Position numbers and translations under genes: made by a program. A stretch of 44,392 nt of DNA from a virus (Duplodnaviria > Heunggongvirae > Uroviricota > Caudoviricetes): IMG/VR virus record IMGVR_UViG_2778261532_000008; one strand, written 5' to 3'. A model generated the notes under the pieces. That model ran no database searches and was not told where the DNA came from. It saw nothing but the letters and a program-made list of their open reading frames with translations. Within the stretch, counting starts at the first letter, position 1; each line of letters begins with the position of its first letter. Positions 1 to 9,261 of this stretch are shown here, in pieces.

Positions 1-63
1 GTCAACATAAGGGGATGAGTCCTTAATAAAACAGGTCCTCAGAGCATACATATTCTGCGGGGC

Positions 64-462
64 GTGCGGCAACAACAGGACGAACCGGGGCGGTTTTCAA
101 TTTGCAGCCGCCAGGCTGCCGTGGTTCTTGGTGCTGGGTTTGCATGGGAACGTCATCAGCTAAAGCAAGCCATCGAGAAAATTGGCAGTCTTGATCAGGC
201 TGTTAAGGAACGTGATAAGTCAATAATGGATCTTAACCAGACCATTGAGACGATGAACAAAGCAGATCAACATTTTCACAGCCAGGAAGTGAAAAATGAA
301 TCAGAGCAAGCCAAGTATGCTGACAGGCAAATGGAACGAAAAGCAGAAGTTCAGAAACAACTGGTTGCGGCGGGTAATGTTCGCCAGCGCATTCCTGCTG
401 ACACTCAGCGGTTGCTCCGGGAGTCGATCAGCGAATTTAACGCCGACGCCGACAAAGGTTAA
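64..462 (+). CDS. hypothetical coiled-coil protein (GTG start); overlaps the downstream lipoprotein ORF, so one of the two may be mis-called
   Basis: 132-codon ORF, E/K/Q-rich heptad-like sequence; no recognisable motif; overlap with 296..628 in another frame. Confidence 0.3.
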   Translation: MRQQQDEPGRFSICSRQAAVVLGAGFAWERHQLKQAIEKIGSLDQAVKERDKSIMDLNQTIETMNKADQHFHSQEVKNESEQAKYADRQMERKAEVQKQLVAAGNVRQRIPADTQRLLRESISEFNADADKG

Positions 463-628
463 CCACCCTGCCCCCAAAAGTGCATTTATGTGCAGGATGC
501 CGGAGTTTAGCAGTGAATATTTTGATGATCTGCCAGCGTATATCCTCGATACAGAAACGATGCTGATGGGGATTAACAGGAAGAATCGCAACGTTAATGA
601 TTACAACCGCGCTATCAGCGGTAACTAA
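296..628 (+). CDS. putative membrane lipoprotein (P1 mlp position); a classic signal peptide and lipobox would start at the internal ATG at 377
   Basis: Lipobox L-S-G-C preceded by hydrophobic stretch MFASAFLLTLSGCSG; AGGAAG Shine-Dalgarno before ATG 296; position upstream of repA matches the P1 upfA/mlp neighbourhood. Confidence 0.5.
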   Translation: MNQSKPSMLTGKWNEKQKFRNNWLRRVMFASAFLLTLSGCSGSRSANLTPTPTKVNHPAPKSAFMCRMPEFSSEYFDDLPAYILDTETMLMGINRKNRNVNDYNRAISGN

Positions 629-639
629 AAGGGATTTTT

Positions 640-1032
640 ATGTCTGATAAAGTAACAGTTAAGCAAACTATCAACAAAGCGACTTCAATCTATAAAATTG
701 AGCAAATCACTGTTGGCAAGCCAGGATCTGAACAATACCGTCATGCTTTCGAACTTGCCGATCAGCTTGGTTTAAAACACCCGGATTGTATCGAGCATGT
801 ATTTCCAACTTATGCTGATGAGCAATGTAATCAAGTGCTTATTGAAGAGGATTTTTTCAGCACTGAAGAACGAGAAGGCGTTGATCGCTGCATTGGTGTG
901 ATTTGTTCTTCGGTAAGTGATGATTTATTCCCTAATGTTCCGGAAGGTGGTGGTGTTGGATACCAATTCCTGTATGAAGGCGATGAGCTTAAATGTTATG
1001 AACATGGTCTTCTTATCGAAAGCGTAGAATAA
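640..1032 (+). CDS. hypothetical protein (P1 upfA position)
   Basis: 130-aa ORF followed by an intrinsic terminator; no motif recognised. Confidence 0.55.
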   Translation: MSDKVTVKQTINKATSIYKIEQITVGKPGSEQYRHAFELADQLGLKHPDCIEHVFPTYADEQCNQVLIEEDFFSTEEREGVDRCIGVICSSVSDDLFPNVPEGGGVGYQFLYEGDELKCYEHGLLIESVE

Positions 1033-1046
1033 TACGGTTTCCTTCC

Positions 1047-1071
1047 AACCGGCTTTGTTGGCCGGTTTTTC
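1047..1071 (+). terminator. rho-independent terminator
   Basis: Stem AACCGGC/GCCGGTT with 7-nt loop followed by TTTTT. Confidence 0.6.
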
Positions 1072-1335
1072 ACTTATCCACATTATCCACTGGATAGATC
1101 CAATAATCAGGTCCATACAGATCCCAATTAGATCCATATAGATCCCTGATCGTCGTAGGCCGCGCCCCGTCTGGCTTAGAAGCCTTTCGCGATGTGTGCT
1201 GGAGGGAAAATGATGTGCGCTGGAGGGAAAAAAATGTGTGCTGACGGGTTGCTAATGTGTGCTGGCGGGATATAGGATGTGTGCTGACGGGAAAGCCTGG
1301 GTAGTTATCACCGCTTATAAAAACTATCCACATAA
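1072..1335. promoter_or_regulatory. oriR: P1-type plasmid origin oriR/incC: tandem DnaA boxes, GATC cluster, five 19-bp RepA iterons, distal DnaA box
   Basis: TTATCCACA (1074-1082) and TTATCCACT (1084-1092); five GATC within 1097-1151; five direct repeats GATGTGTGCTGGAGGGAAA-like at 1191-1294 spaced ~21 bp; TATCCACA at 1324-1331; recalled P1 oriR architecture. Confidence 0.85.
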
Positions 1336-1350
1336 TTCGGAAAAAGTAAT

Positions 1351-2211
1351 ATGAATCAATCATTTATCTCCGATATTCTTTACGCAGACATTGAAAGTAA
1401 GGCAAAAGAACTAACAGTTAATTCAAACAACACTGTGCAGCCTGTAGCGTTGATGCGCTTGGGGGTATTCGTGCCGAAGCCATCAAAGAGCAAAGGAGAA
1501 AGTAAAGAGATTGATGCTACCAAAGCGTTTTCCCAGCTGGAGATAGCTAAAGCCGAGGGTTACGATGATATTAAAATCACCGGTCCTCGACTCGATATGG
1601 ATACTGATTTCAAAACGTGGATCGGTGTCATCTACGCGTTCAGCAAATACGGCTTGTCTTCAAACACCATCCAGTTATCGTTTCAGGAGTTCGCTAAAGC
1701 CTGTGGTTTCCCCTCAAAACGTCTGGATGCGAAACTGCGTTTAACCATTCATGAATCACTTGGACGCTTGCGTAACAAGGGTATCGCTTTTAAGCGCGGA
1801 AAAGATGCTAAAGGCGGCTATCAGACTGGTCTGCTGAAGGTCGGGCGTTTTGATGCTGACCTTGATCTGATAGAGCTGGAGGCCGATTCGAAGCTCTGGG
1901 AGCTGTTCCAGCTTGATTATCGCGTTCTGTTGCAACACCACGCCTTGCGTGCCCTTCCGAAGAAAGAAGCTGCACAAGCCATTTACACTTTCATCGAAAG
2001 CCTTCCGCAGAACCCGTTGCCGCTATCGTTCGCGCGAATCCGTGAGCGCCTGGCTTTGCAGTCAGCTGTTGGCGAGCAAAACCGTATCATTAAGAAAGCG
2101 ATAGAACAGCTTAAAACAATCGGCTATCTCGACTGTTCAATTGAGAAGAAAGGCCGGGAAAGTTTTGTAATCGTCCATTCTCGCAATCCAAAGCTGAAAC
2201 TTCCCGAATAA
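1351..2211 (+). CDS. repA: plasmid replication initiator RepA (iteron-binding), P1 type
   Basis: 286-aa ORF flanked upstream by 5 and downstream by 9 copies of the same 19-bp iteron; length and sequence match my recollection of P1 RepA. Confidence 0.9.
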   Translation: MNQSFISDILYADIESKAKELTVNSNNTVQPVALMRLGVFVPKPSKSKGESKEIDATKAFSQLEIAKAEGYDDIKITGPRLDMDTDFKTWIGVIYAFSKYGLSSNTIQLSFQEFAKACGFPSKRLDAKLRLTIHESLGRLRNKGIAFKRGKDAKGGYQTGLLKVGRFDADLDLIELEADSKLWELFQLDYRVLLQHHALRALPKKEAAQAIYTFIESLPQNPLPLSFARIRERLALQSAVGEQNRIIKKAIEQLKTIGYLDCSIEKKGRESFVIVHSRNPKLKLPE

Positions 2212-2497
2212 GTGTGTGCTGGAGGGCAGCTGCATTTGAAAAATGTGCGCTGCCGGGAATGCCTGCCCATTTTCCTGTTTTTGGTGTGCGCTGGAGGGTT
2301 GCGCCACGCAGTTTGCCCAGACATTCCCTCCAGCACACATCTAACCATCCAAGTTTCCCTCCAGCGCACATCTAATCTTCTATCTTTCCCTCCAGCACAC
2401 ATATTTGATACCAGCGATCCCTCCACAGCACATAATTCAATGCGACTTCCCTCTATCGCACATTCTGGTCCTGCATCATCCCTCCAGCACACATCTA
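2211..2497. repeat. incA: incA copy-control iteron array (nine 19-bp RepA sites, 3 in one orientation and 6 in the other)
   Basis: Repeats of GTGTGCTGGAGGG / CCCTCCAGCACACAT at ~2211, 2245, 2285, 2326, 2357, 2388, 2419, 2449, 2479. Confidence 0.85.
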
Positions 2498-2604
2498 ATA
2501 GCCTCATCGCCATTTCTTTACGTGCAATAATTGACGCACGAATCAAAAAAAGTTGCACGTAGCAGAATCAAACGTACAATTCACTCATACGAAATGATAA
2601 GGAG

Positions 2605-3816
2605 ATGATGATGAAACGCGATTACGGCGGTGTCGGCACCATAGCTCTTCGTGCAAGCGCATTACTTAAGGCCATGAGTCAGGATATTGAAGATCAGCGC
2701 AAAGAGTTCAATCAGACCGAGTATTATCAGACGTTCACTCGTAACGCTGTGGCAAAGTTGCCGAAGCTGAGCCGCCGCATTGTGGAGCAGGCCATCAAAG
2801 AGATGGAAGATGATGGGTACCAGTTCAACAAGAAACAGGTCGGTAACGTTGAACAGTACGCGCTGACCATCCAGAACGTCATTGATATCTATGCCCACCG
2901 TAAGATCCCCAAATATCGCGACATTCACAAATCGCCTTACGTTATTTTTGTCGTAAACCTGAAGGGTGGCGTATCCAAAACGGTTTCCACAGTCACGTTG
3001 GCGCACGCTCTGCGTGTGCATCAGGATTTACTGCGTCACGATCTGCGCATTCTGGTAATTGACCTTGACCCTCAGGCATCCAGCACAATGTTCCTCGACC
3101 ATACTCACAGTATTGGTTCCATCCTGGAAACCGCCGCGCAGGCGATGCTGAACGACCTGGACGCGGAGACGCTACGCAAAGAGGTGATTCGTCCGACCAT
3201 CGTTCCTGGCGTAGACGTGATTCCAGCCTCTATCGACGATGGCTTTGTTGCCAGCCAATGGAAAGAGCTGGTTGAAGAGCATCTTCCCGGACAAAATCAG
3301 TACGAAATCCTTCGACGCAATATCATTGATCGTGTTGCGGATGATTATGACTTTATCTTTATTGATACCGGTCCACACCTGGATCCGTTCCTGCTCAACG
3401 GTCTGGCGGCCAGCGATTTGCTGCTTACCCCTACCCCACCAGCCCAGGTTGACTTCCACTCAACACTGAAATATCTCACCCGTCTGCCAGAAATGCTGGA
3501 GCAACTGGAGGAGGAAGGCGTAGAACCGCGTTTGAGCGCCAGCATTGGTTTTATGTCGAAGATGACCGGCAAGCGCGATCACGAGACATCACACAGCCTT
3601 GCGCGTGAGGTTTACGCCAGCAACATTCTGGACTCTTCTCTGCCTCGTCTGGATGGCTTTGAGCGATGCGGCGAGTCTTTCGACACCGTAATCAGTGCCA
3701 ACCCGCAATCGTATCCAGGCAGTGCAGAGGCGCTGAAGAAGGCACGAACCGAGGCCGAGCGTTTCACTAAGGCTGTGTTTGATCGAATTGAGTTTGTTAG
3801 GGGTGAGGCGGCATGA
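2605..3816 (+). CDS. parA: partition ATPase ParA (type Ia, Walker-type with N-terminal regulatory extension); true start may be the third ATG at 2611
   Basis: Deviant Walker A NLKGGVSKT, ILVIDLDPQ motif; homologous in outline to P1/P7 ParA but clearly divergent; precedes overlapping parB. Confidence 0.9.
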   Translation: MMMKRDYGGVGTIALRASALLKAMSQDIEDQRKEFNQTEYYQTFTRNAVAKLPKLSRRIVEQAIKEMEDDGYQFNKKQVGNVEQYALTIQNVIDIYAHRKIPKYRDIHKSPYVIFVVNLKGGVSKTVSTVTLAHALRVHQDLLRHDLRILVIDLDPQASSTMFLDHTHSIGSILETAAQAMLNDLDAETLRKEVIRPTIVPGVDVIPASIDDGFVASQWKELVEEHLPGQNQYEILRRNIIDRVADDYDFIFIDTGPHLDPFLLNGLAASDLLLTPTPPAQVDFHSTLKYLTRLPEMLEQLEEEGVEPRLSASIGFMSKMTGKRDHETSHSLAREVYASNILDSSLPRLDGFERCGESFDTVISANPQSYPGSAEALKKARTEAERFTKAVFDRIEFVRGEAA

Positions 3817-4778
3817 AAAAAATAGTTTCCCGTGGACGAGTGCTGGGCAAGAATAGCTCCGAGTTTGCTCGCATGCTTGAAGGCAGTGAAGGCACCAAAA
3901 CCTTTACCCTAAAATCTGGCCGCCAGGCTAAATTCTTGCTTACCGTCGTGCTGAGTGGTGAGATTGAGTCGCGCACGTTCGTTGACCCGGCAGTTAACGG
4001 CCGCGATCAGTCTCTGCTCACCCCTGAGTCGGTAAGCGATATTTCCCGCACCATTAAATTGCAACAGTTCTTCCCGGCTATCGGTCGTATGGTTGGGGAG
4101 CGCATTGAGGTATTGGACGGATCGCGTCGCCGTGCTGCGTGTATCTTCAATGAAACGAAATTTGAGATTCTGGTGACGAAAGATGAGATCAGCCTGGCGG
4201 ATGCCCGCCAGCTGGCCATTGATATCCAGACAGCCCGCGAACACACTCTGCGCGAGCTGGGTAAACGCTTCGAGGTTATGTACGGTAAGAATATGACCAA
4301 AGAAGAGATCGCCCGAGCTGAGAACATCTCAAAGGCTAAAGTGACGCGAGCTTTCCAGGCTGCCGCGGTGCCGGATGAGATGATTGCTGTCTTCCCCGTA
4401 GCCAGCGATCTCGCCCTTCCAGATTACCAGTTACTGCTCCAGATCGCCGAGGATGCTAACGCTAAAAGCGTGCCGATTGAAGAGCTGGTTGATACGGTGC
4501 GCGAACGAATTGCAGAGACTGAGGGCGCGAAAGAGGATAAAGCGAAGATACTGGCTATCTTCAAAGCGGAAAGCAAAAGCCTGAAGCCCGCGCCGGTTAA
4601 ATCTGTGGTGGTTGAGAAGCTGCGAGACTTCTCTGACCGTCGCCAATATGCCCGAAAGAAGTCCGATCCGAAAAAACGGGTTGTCGCCTACGAGTTCTCC
4701 AGACTCCCGTCTGAAGTGCAAACTGAAATTGACGAAGCAATAAAAAAAATCATTGGGAAAATGTCTGCTGGGGAATAA
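3813..4778 (+). CDS. parB: partition centromere-binding protein ParB
   Basis: ATGA overlap with parA stop; motifs ILDGSRRR and KAKVTRA characteristic of P1-family ParB; divergent from P1 ParB as I recall it. Confidence 0.9.
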   Translation: MKKIVSRGRVLGKNSSEFARMLEGSEGTKTFTLKSGRQAKFLLTVVLSGEIESRTFVDPAVNGRDQSLLTPESVSDISRTIKLQQFFPAIGRMVGERIEVLDGSRRRAACIFNETKFEILVTKDEISLADARQLAIDIQTAREHTLRELGKRFEVMYGKNMTKEEIARAENISKAKVTRAFQAAAVPDEMIAVFPVASDLALPDYQLLLQIAEDANAKSVPIEELVDTVRERIAETEGAKEDKAKILAIFKAESKSLKPAPVKSVVVEKLRDFSDRRQYARKKSDPKKRVVAYEFSRLPSEVQTEIDEAIKKIIGKMSAGE

Positions 4779-4835
4779 TCCCGCTGGTGGGAGGCGGCTT
4801 TAGCCCCCTCCCCTGTCTAAAATGTCCCGCGCCTA

Positions 4836-4905
4836 TTTCATGTATAAATATATGATATATATAGATATTCATGAAAAATTTCAGACTGAAATTCCCACGG
4901 TTTCA
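4836..4905. promoter_or_regulatory. parS: candidate parS centromere: AT-rich core with inverted heptamers ATTTCAG-AC-TGAAAT
   Basis: Perfect palindrome AATTTCAGACTGAAATT at ~4872-4890, further ATTTCA(T/C) heptamers at 4845 and 4897, AT-rich IHF-like core; sits immediately 3' of parB as in P1. Confidence 0.5.
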
Positions 4906-4972
4906 CGCCTGTTTTACTTGCCCCCCTCCCCCGCACAAAAAATTTAAAAAATTACTTTTAGCGAGAAAGTCA

Positions 4973-4993
4973 ACAAGTGACTTTCAATAAAAT
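4973..4993 (+). promoter_or_regulatory. late-promoter-like element ACAAGTGACTT-N4-TAAAAT upstream of the head gene
   Basis: Member of a 5-site motif family seen upstream of late operons in this window. Confidence 0.4.
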
Positions 4994-5044
4994 CTCTTCC
5001 GAAAAGGGATTCACACAAGTGCCTTGTGTTTAAGGAAGAGTAAA

Positions 5045-6751
5045 TTGAGTAACTTACGCGAATACCAGAATCGTATTGCAGATATCGCAAAACGCTCTAA
5101 AGCTGTGCTTGGCTGGGCAAGCACTGCGCAGTTCGGTACTGATAACCAATTCATTAAAGATGATGCCGCGCGTGCCGCATCTATCCTTGAAGCTGCACGT
5201 AAAGACCCGGTTTTTGCGGGTATCTCTGATAATGCCACCGCTCAAATCGCTACAGCGTGGGCAAGTGCACTGGCTGACTACGCCGCAGCACATAAATCTA
5301 TGCCGCGTCCGGAAATTCTGGCCTCCTGCCACCAGACGCTGGAAAACTGCCTGATTGAGTCCACCCGCAATAGCATGGATGCCACTAATAAAGCGATGCT
5401 GGAATCCGTCGCAGCAGAGATGATGAGCGTTTCTGACGGTGTTATGCGTCTGCCTTTATTCCTCGCGATGATCCTGCCTGTTCAGTTGGGGGCAGCTACC
5501 GCTGATGCGTGTACCTTCATTCCGGTTACGCGTGACCAGTCCGACATCTATGAAGTCTTTAACGTGGCAGGTTCCTCTTTTGGTTCTTATGCTGCTGGTG
5601 ATGTTCTGGACATGCAATCCGTCGGTGTGTACAGCCAGTTACGTCGCCGCTATGTGCTGGTGGCAAGCTCCGATGGCACCAGCAAAACCGCAACCTTCAA
5701 GATGGAAGACTTCGAAGGCCAGAATGTACCAATCCGAAAAGGTCGTACTAACATCTACGTTAACCGTATTAAGTCTGTTGTTGATAACGGTTCCGGCAGC
5801 CTACTTCACTCGTTTACTAATGCTGCTGGTGAGCAAATCACTGTTACCTGCTCTCTGAACTACAACATTGGTCAGATTGCCCTGTCGTTCTCCAAAGCGC
5901 CGGATAAAGGCACTGAGATCGCAATTGAGACGGAAATCAATATTGAAGCCGCTCCTGAGCTGATCCCGCTGATCAACCACGAAATGAAGAAATACACCCT
6001 GTTCCCAAGTCAGTTCGTTATCGCGGCTGAGCACACGGTACAGGCGGCGTATGAAGCACAGCGTGAATTTGGTCTGGACCTGGGTTCCCTACAGTTCCGC
6101 ACCCTGAAGGAATACCTGTCTCATGAACAGGATATGCTGCGTCTTCGCATCATGATCTGGCGCACTCTTGCGACCGACACCTTTGACATCGCTCTGCCGG
6201 TTAACCAGTCCTTTGATGTATGGGCAACCATCATTCGTGGCAAATTCCAGACTGTATATCGCGACATTATTGAGCGCGTTAAATCTTCTGGTGCGATGGG
6301 GATGTTTGCTGGTGCTGATGCAGCATCTTTCTTCAAACAGTTGCCGAAGGATTTCTTCCAGCCAGCCGAAGACTATATCCAGACTCCGTATGTTCACTAC
6401 ATCGGTACCCTGTTCGGTAACGTGAAAGTGTACGAAGTACCTGCTGGTATTTGTAAGAACTTAACGACAGAGAACATTCAGTTCAGCTCGATGGATGTGC
6501 TGTGCTACGTCCGTGATGAAAATCCGGGTAAAGCAGGCTTCGTGACTGGTGATGCTGTCCCGGCCATCCCGTTCCAGCATCCGACCACTCCGGCGCTGGT
6601 CAACCGTACCACGCTGTGGGGTTCGGCTATCAACGATATGCACCCACGCAACGGCGCTGATTACTTCACTCGTGTAACGCTGACAATGGCCAAAAAAGGC
6701 GGGCTTAACTTCATAAGCGGCGACACGATTGATGCCGGTGACTCTGAGTAA
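5045..6751 (+). CDS. putative major head (capsid) protein precursor, P1 gene 23 position; TTG start at 5045 preferred over TTG 5024
   Basis: AAGGAAGAG Shine-Dalgarno 7 nt before TTG 5045; large ORF directly after parS as gene 23 is in P1; function assigned by synteny only. Confidence 0.5.
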   Translation: MSNLREYQNRIADIAKRSKAVLGWASTAQFGTDNQFIKDDAARAASILEAARKDPVFAGISDNATAQIATAWASALADYAAAHKSMPRPEILASCHQTLENCLIESTRNSMDATNKAMLESVAAEMMSVSDGVMRLPLFLAMILPVQLGAATADACTFIPVTRDQSDIYEVFNVAGSSFGSYAAGDVLDMQSVGVYSQLRRRYVLVASSDGTSKTATFKMEDFEGQNVPIRKGRTNIYVNRIKSVVDNGSGSLLHSFTNAAGEQITVTCSLNYNIGQIALSFSKAPDKGTEIAIETEINIEAAPELIPLINHEMKKYTLFPSQFVIAAEHTVQAAYEAQREFGLDLGSLQFRTLKEYLSHEQDMLRLRIMIWRTLATDTFDIALPVNQSFDVWATIIRGKFQTVYRDIIERVKSSGAMGMFAGADAASFFKQLPKDFFQPAEDYIQTPYVHYIGTLFGNVKVYEVPAGICKNLTTENIQFSSMDVLCYVRDENPGKAGFVTGDAVPAIPFQHPTTPALVNRTTLWGSAINDMHPRNGADYFTRVTLTMAKKGGLNFISGDTIDAGDSE

Positions 6752-6811
6752 TCAGGGGAAGTTCTCCGTTTAACATAGCGCCCCCGTGCGGGGCGCATAA
6801 CAGGGAAAGTT

Positions 6812-8401
6812 ATGTCTCAATATTCAATTCAACAGTCATTAGGTAATGCATCCGGCGTCGCGGTTAGCCCGATCAATGCCGATGCGACGTTATCTACCGG
6901 TGTTGCATTAAATAGCAGCTTGTGGGCTGGTATTGGCGTATTTGCGCGTGGCAAGCCGTTTACTGTTCTTGCGGTTACTGAGTCCAATTACGAAGATGTT
7001 CTCGGCGAACCGCTGAAGCCGTCTTCCGGCTCACAGTTCGAACCAATTCGCCATGTATACGAAGCTATTCAGCAAACGTCAGGTTATGTTGTTCGTGCTG
7101 TTCCGGATGATGCGAAGTTCCCGATTATTATGTTCGATGAATCAGGCGAACCGGCTTACAGTGCGTTGCCATACGGTTCTGAAATTGAACTTGATAGTGG
7201 CGAAGCCTTTGCTATCTACGTTGATGATGGTGATCCGTGTATTTCACCTACCCGTGAGTTAACCATCGAAACGGCAACAGCGGACAGCGCGGGTAATGAA
7301 CGCTTCCTCTTAAAACTGACCCAGACGACTTCGCTCGGCGTGGTAACGACCCTGGAGACACACACTGTGTCTTTGGCGGAAGAAGCGAAAGATGACATGG
7401 GCCGCTTGTGTTATCTGCCTACGGCTCTGGAAGCCCGTTCTAAATATCTGCGCGCGGTTGTTAATGAAGAGCTGATTTCGACGGCGAAAGTAACAAATAA
7501 AAAATCGCTGGCGTTCACTGGCGGTACCAACGGCGATCAGTCGAACATTTCCACTGCTGCTTACCTGCGTGCGGTGAAAGTGCTGAACAATGCGCCGTAC
7601 ATGTACACCGCTGTTCTCGGCCTGGGTTGCTATGACAATGCGGCGATCACTGCGTTAGGTAATATCTGTTCTGATCGCCTGATTGATGGTTTCTTTGATG
7701 TCAAACCGACATTGACGTACACGGAAGCGATCTCTGCTGTTGAAGATACCGGTTTACTTGGTACCGATTATGTAAGCTGTGCTGTCTATCATTTCCCGTT
7801 CTCCTGCAAAGACAAATGGACCCAATCCCGTGTGGTCTTCGGTCTGTCTGGCGCGGCGTATGCGGCGAAAGCTCGTGGCGTCAAGAAAAACTCTGATGTC
7901 GGCGGTTGGCATTACTCACCGGCTGGTGAAGAACGTGCCGTCATTGCTCGTGCGTCAATTCAACCGCTGTATCCGGAAGATACCCCGGACGAAGAAGCAA
8001 TGGTCAAGGGCCGTCTCAATAAAGTATCTGTAGGTACCTCTGGCCAGATGATCATCGACGATGCTTTAACTTGCTGCACGCAGGATAACTATCTGCACTT
8101 CCAGCACGTCCCATCCCTGATGAATGCAATCAGCCGTTTCTTTGTCCAGTTAGCCCGACAGATGAAGCATAGCCCGGACGGTATTACTGCGGCTGGCCTG
8201 ACTAAAGGGATGACCAAACTTTTAGATCGCTTTGTCGCCTCCAGCGCTCTGGTGGCTCCTCGTGATCCTGATGCTGACGGTACAGAACCGTATGTGCTGA
8301 AAGTTACGCAGGCGGAATTCGATAAATGGGAAGTAGTCTGGGCCTGCTGCCCGACTGGCGTAGCCCGTCGTATCCAGGGCGTACCGCTGCTTATTAAGTA
8401 A
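6812..8401 (+). CDS. putative contractile tail sheath protein (P1 gene 22 position)
   Basis: 529-aa ORF following the head gene; assignment by synteny with P1. Confidence 0.45.
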   Translation: MSQYSIQQSLGNASGVAVSPINADATLSTGVALNSSLWAGIGVFARGKPFTVLAVTESNYEDVLGEPLKPSSGSQFEPIRHVYEAIQQTSGYVVRAVPDDAKFPIIMFDESGEPAYSALPYGSEIELDSGEAFAIYVDDGDPCISPTRELTIETATADSAGNERFLLKLTQTTSLGVVTTLETHTVSLAEEAKDDMGRLCYLPTALEARSKYLRAVVNEELISTAKVTNKKSLAFTGGTNGDQSNISTAAYLRAVKVLNNAPYMYTAVLGLGCYDNAAITALGNICSDRLIDGFFDVKPTLTYTEAISAVEDTGLLGTDYVSCAVYHFPFSCKDKWTQSRVVFGLSGAAYAAKARGVKKNSDVGGWHYSPAGEERAVIARASIQPLYPEDTPDEEAMVKGRLNKVSVGTSGQMIIDDALTCCTQDNYLHFQHVPSLMNAISRFFVQLARQMKHSPDGITAAGLTKGMTKLLDRFVASSALVAPRDPDADGTEPYVLKVTQAEFDKWEVVWACCPTGVARRIQGVPLLIK

Positions 8402-8410
8402 GGGAATACA

Positions 8411-9226
8411 ATGAGCAAAAACTTTTTTCAATCCGGGGCATTTTTGGGGAATGGACTGTCCCGTTTCGCTTTGAACTCTGATCCTGTGCAGCTGATGGAG
8501 TCTGCCCGAGCAAGCGCCGAACCGCCAACAGATCCGGTTATTAATAATAATCCGGAACCGGCGGCACAGACTAACGATAACGTTCCATCTGATCCGGCTC
8601 CTGAGCAAATCCTGGAAGGGAAAGACGGTAAAGAATGGACCGTCGAACAGGCGCACCAGATGATTCTGGAAGCTGCAAATCGAAGTGCTATGCAGAATGC
8701 GTTGAGTGATGCGGCCGACGCCGTTTTCGCCTGGGCTGATAGCGGTGATCTGACTTTCGACTCCCTTGATGGTTTCGTTCAGGCTATCGCTGGTATCTCT
8801 GATGACGACGACTCCGAAGTTACAGAAGAACAGGACGATGCCTATAACGAAGCATGGGCAAATGTTGCTGACTTCCTCGCAGCATGCGGTGTAGATGATG
8901 ACCTGATCGAAGCACTGGCTGACGATGAAGACGACGACGCTGCTGCTGATGTTGGTGCCTCTATCGCTGGTTTAGATAGCGACGACCGCGACGAACTGGA
9001 AGCGGCGTTTGTTGTTGCTGGCACTTCTGATGAAATGCTGACTGAAGCATTTAAGAAGGTTGTTCGTAACGGTGAGATCAAACTCATCCGTAAACGCCTG
9101 CGTAAAAAACGTCTGACTGCGGCTCAAAAATCGGCGCTGAAAAAAGCGCGTCGTAAAGCCCAGACCGGCGCGGCAAAACTGGCCCGCAAAAAGTCAATGA
9201 AACTGCGCCGTAAGCGCCTCGGCTAA
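8411..9226 (+). CDS. structural-module protein with acidic core and highly basic C-terminal tail (P1 gene 21 position)
   Basis: D/E-rich central region and a K/R-rich C-terminal ~45 residues; followed by hairpin GGCCGGAG-AA-CTCCGGCC. Confidence 0.5.
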   Translation: MSKNFFQSGAFLGNGLSRFALNSDPVQLMESARASAEPPTDPVINNNPEPAAQTNDNVPSDPAPEQILEGKDGKEWTVEQAHQMILEAANRSAMQNALSDAADAVFAWADSGDLTFDSLDGFVQAIAGISDDDDSEVTEEQDDAYNEAWANVADFLAACGVDDDLIEALADDEDDDAAADVGASIAGLDSDDRDELEAAFVVAGTSDEMLTEAFKKVVRNGEIKLIRKRLRKKRLTAAQKSALKKARRKAQTGAAKLARKKSMKLRRKRLG

Positions 9227-9261
9227 AGGAGGAGGCCGGAGAACTCCGGCCTTTAACTTGA

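Noticed and set aside
2211-2497. Regularly spaced short repeats that could be mistaken for a CRISPR array
   Set aside because: The repeats are 19-bp RepA iterons in mixed orientation with ~12-bp gaps, directly flanking repA and identical to the origin iterons; no cas genes and no unique spacers of CRISPR size.
2111-2562. Several ORFs (86-144 aa, both strands) across the iteron array
   Set aside because: They are translations of the repetitive iteron sequence (recurrent MCAGG / PPAHI peptides) and lack independent start signals.
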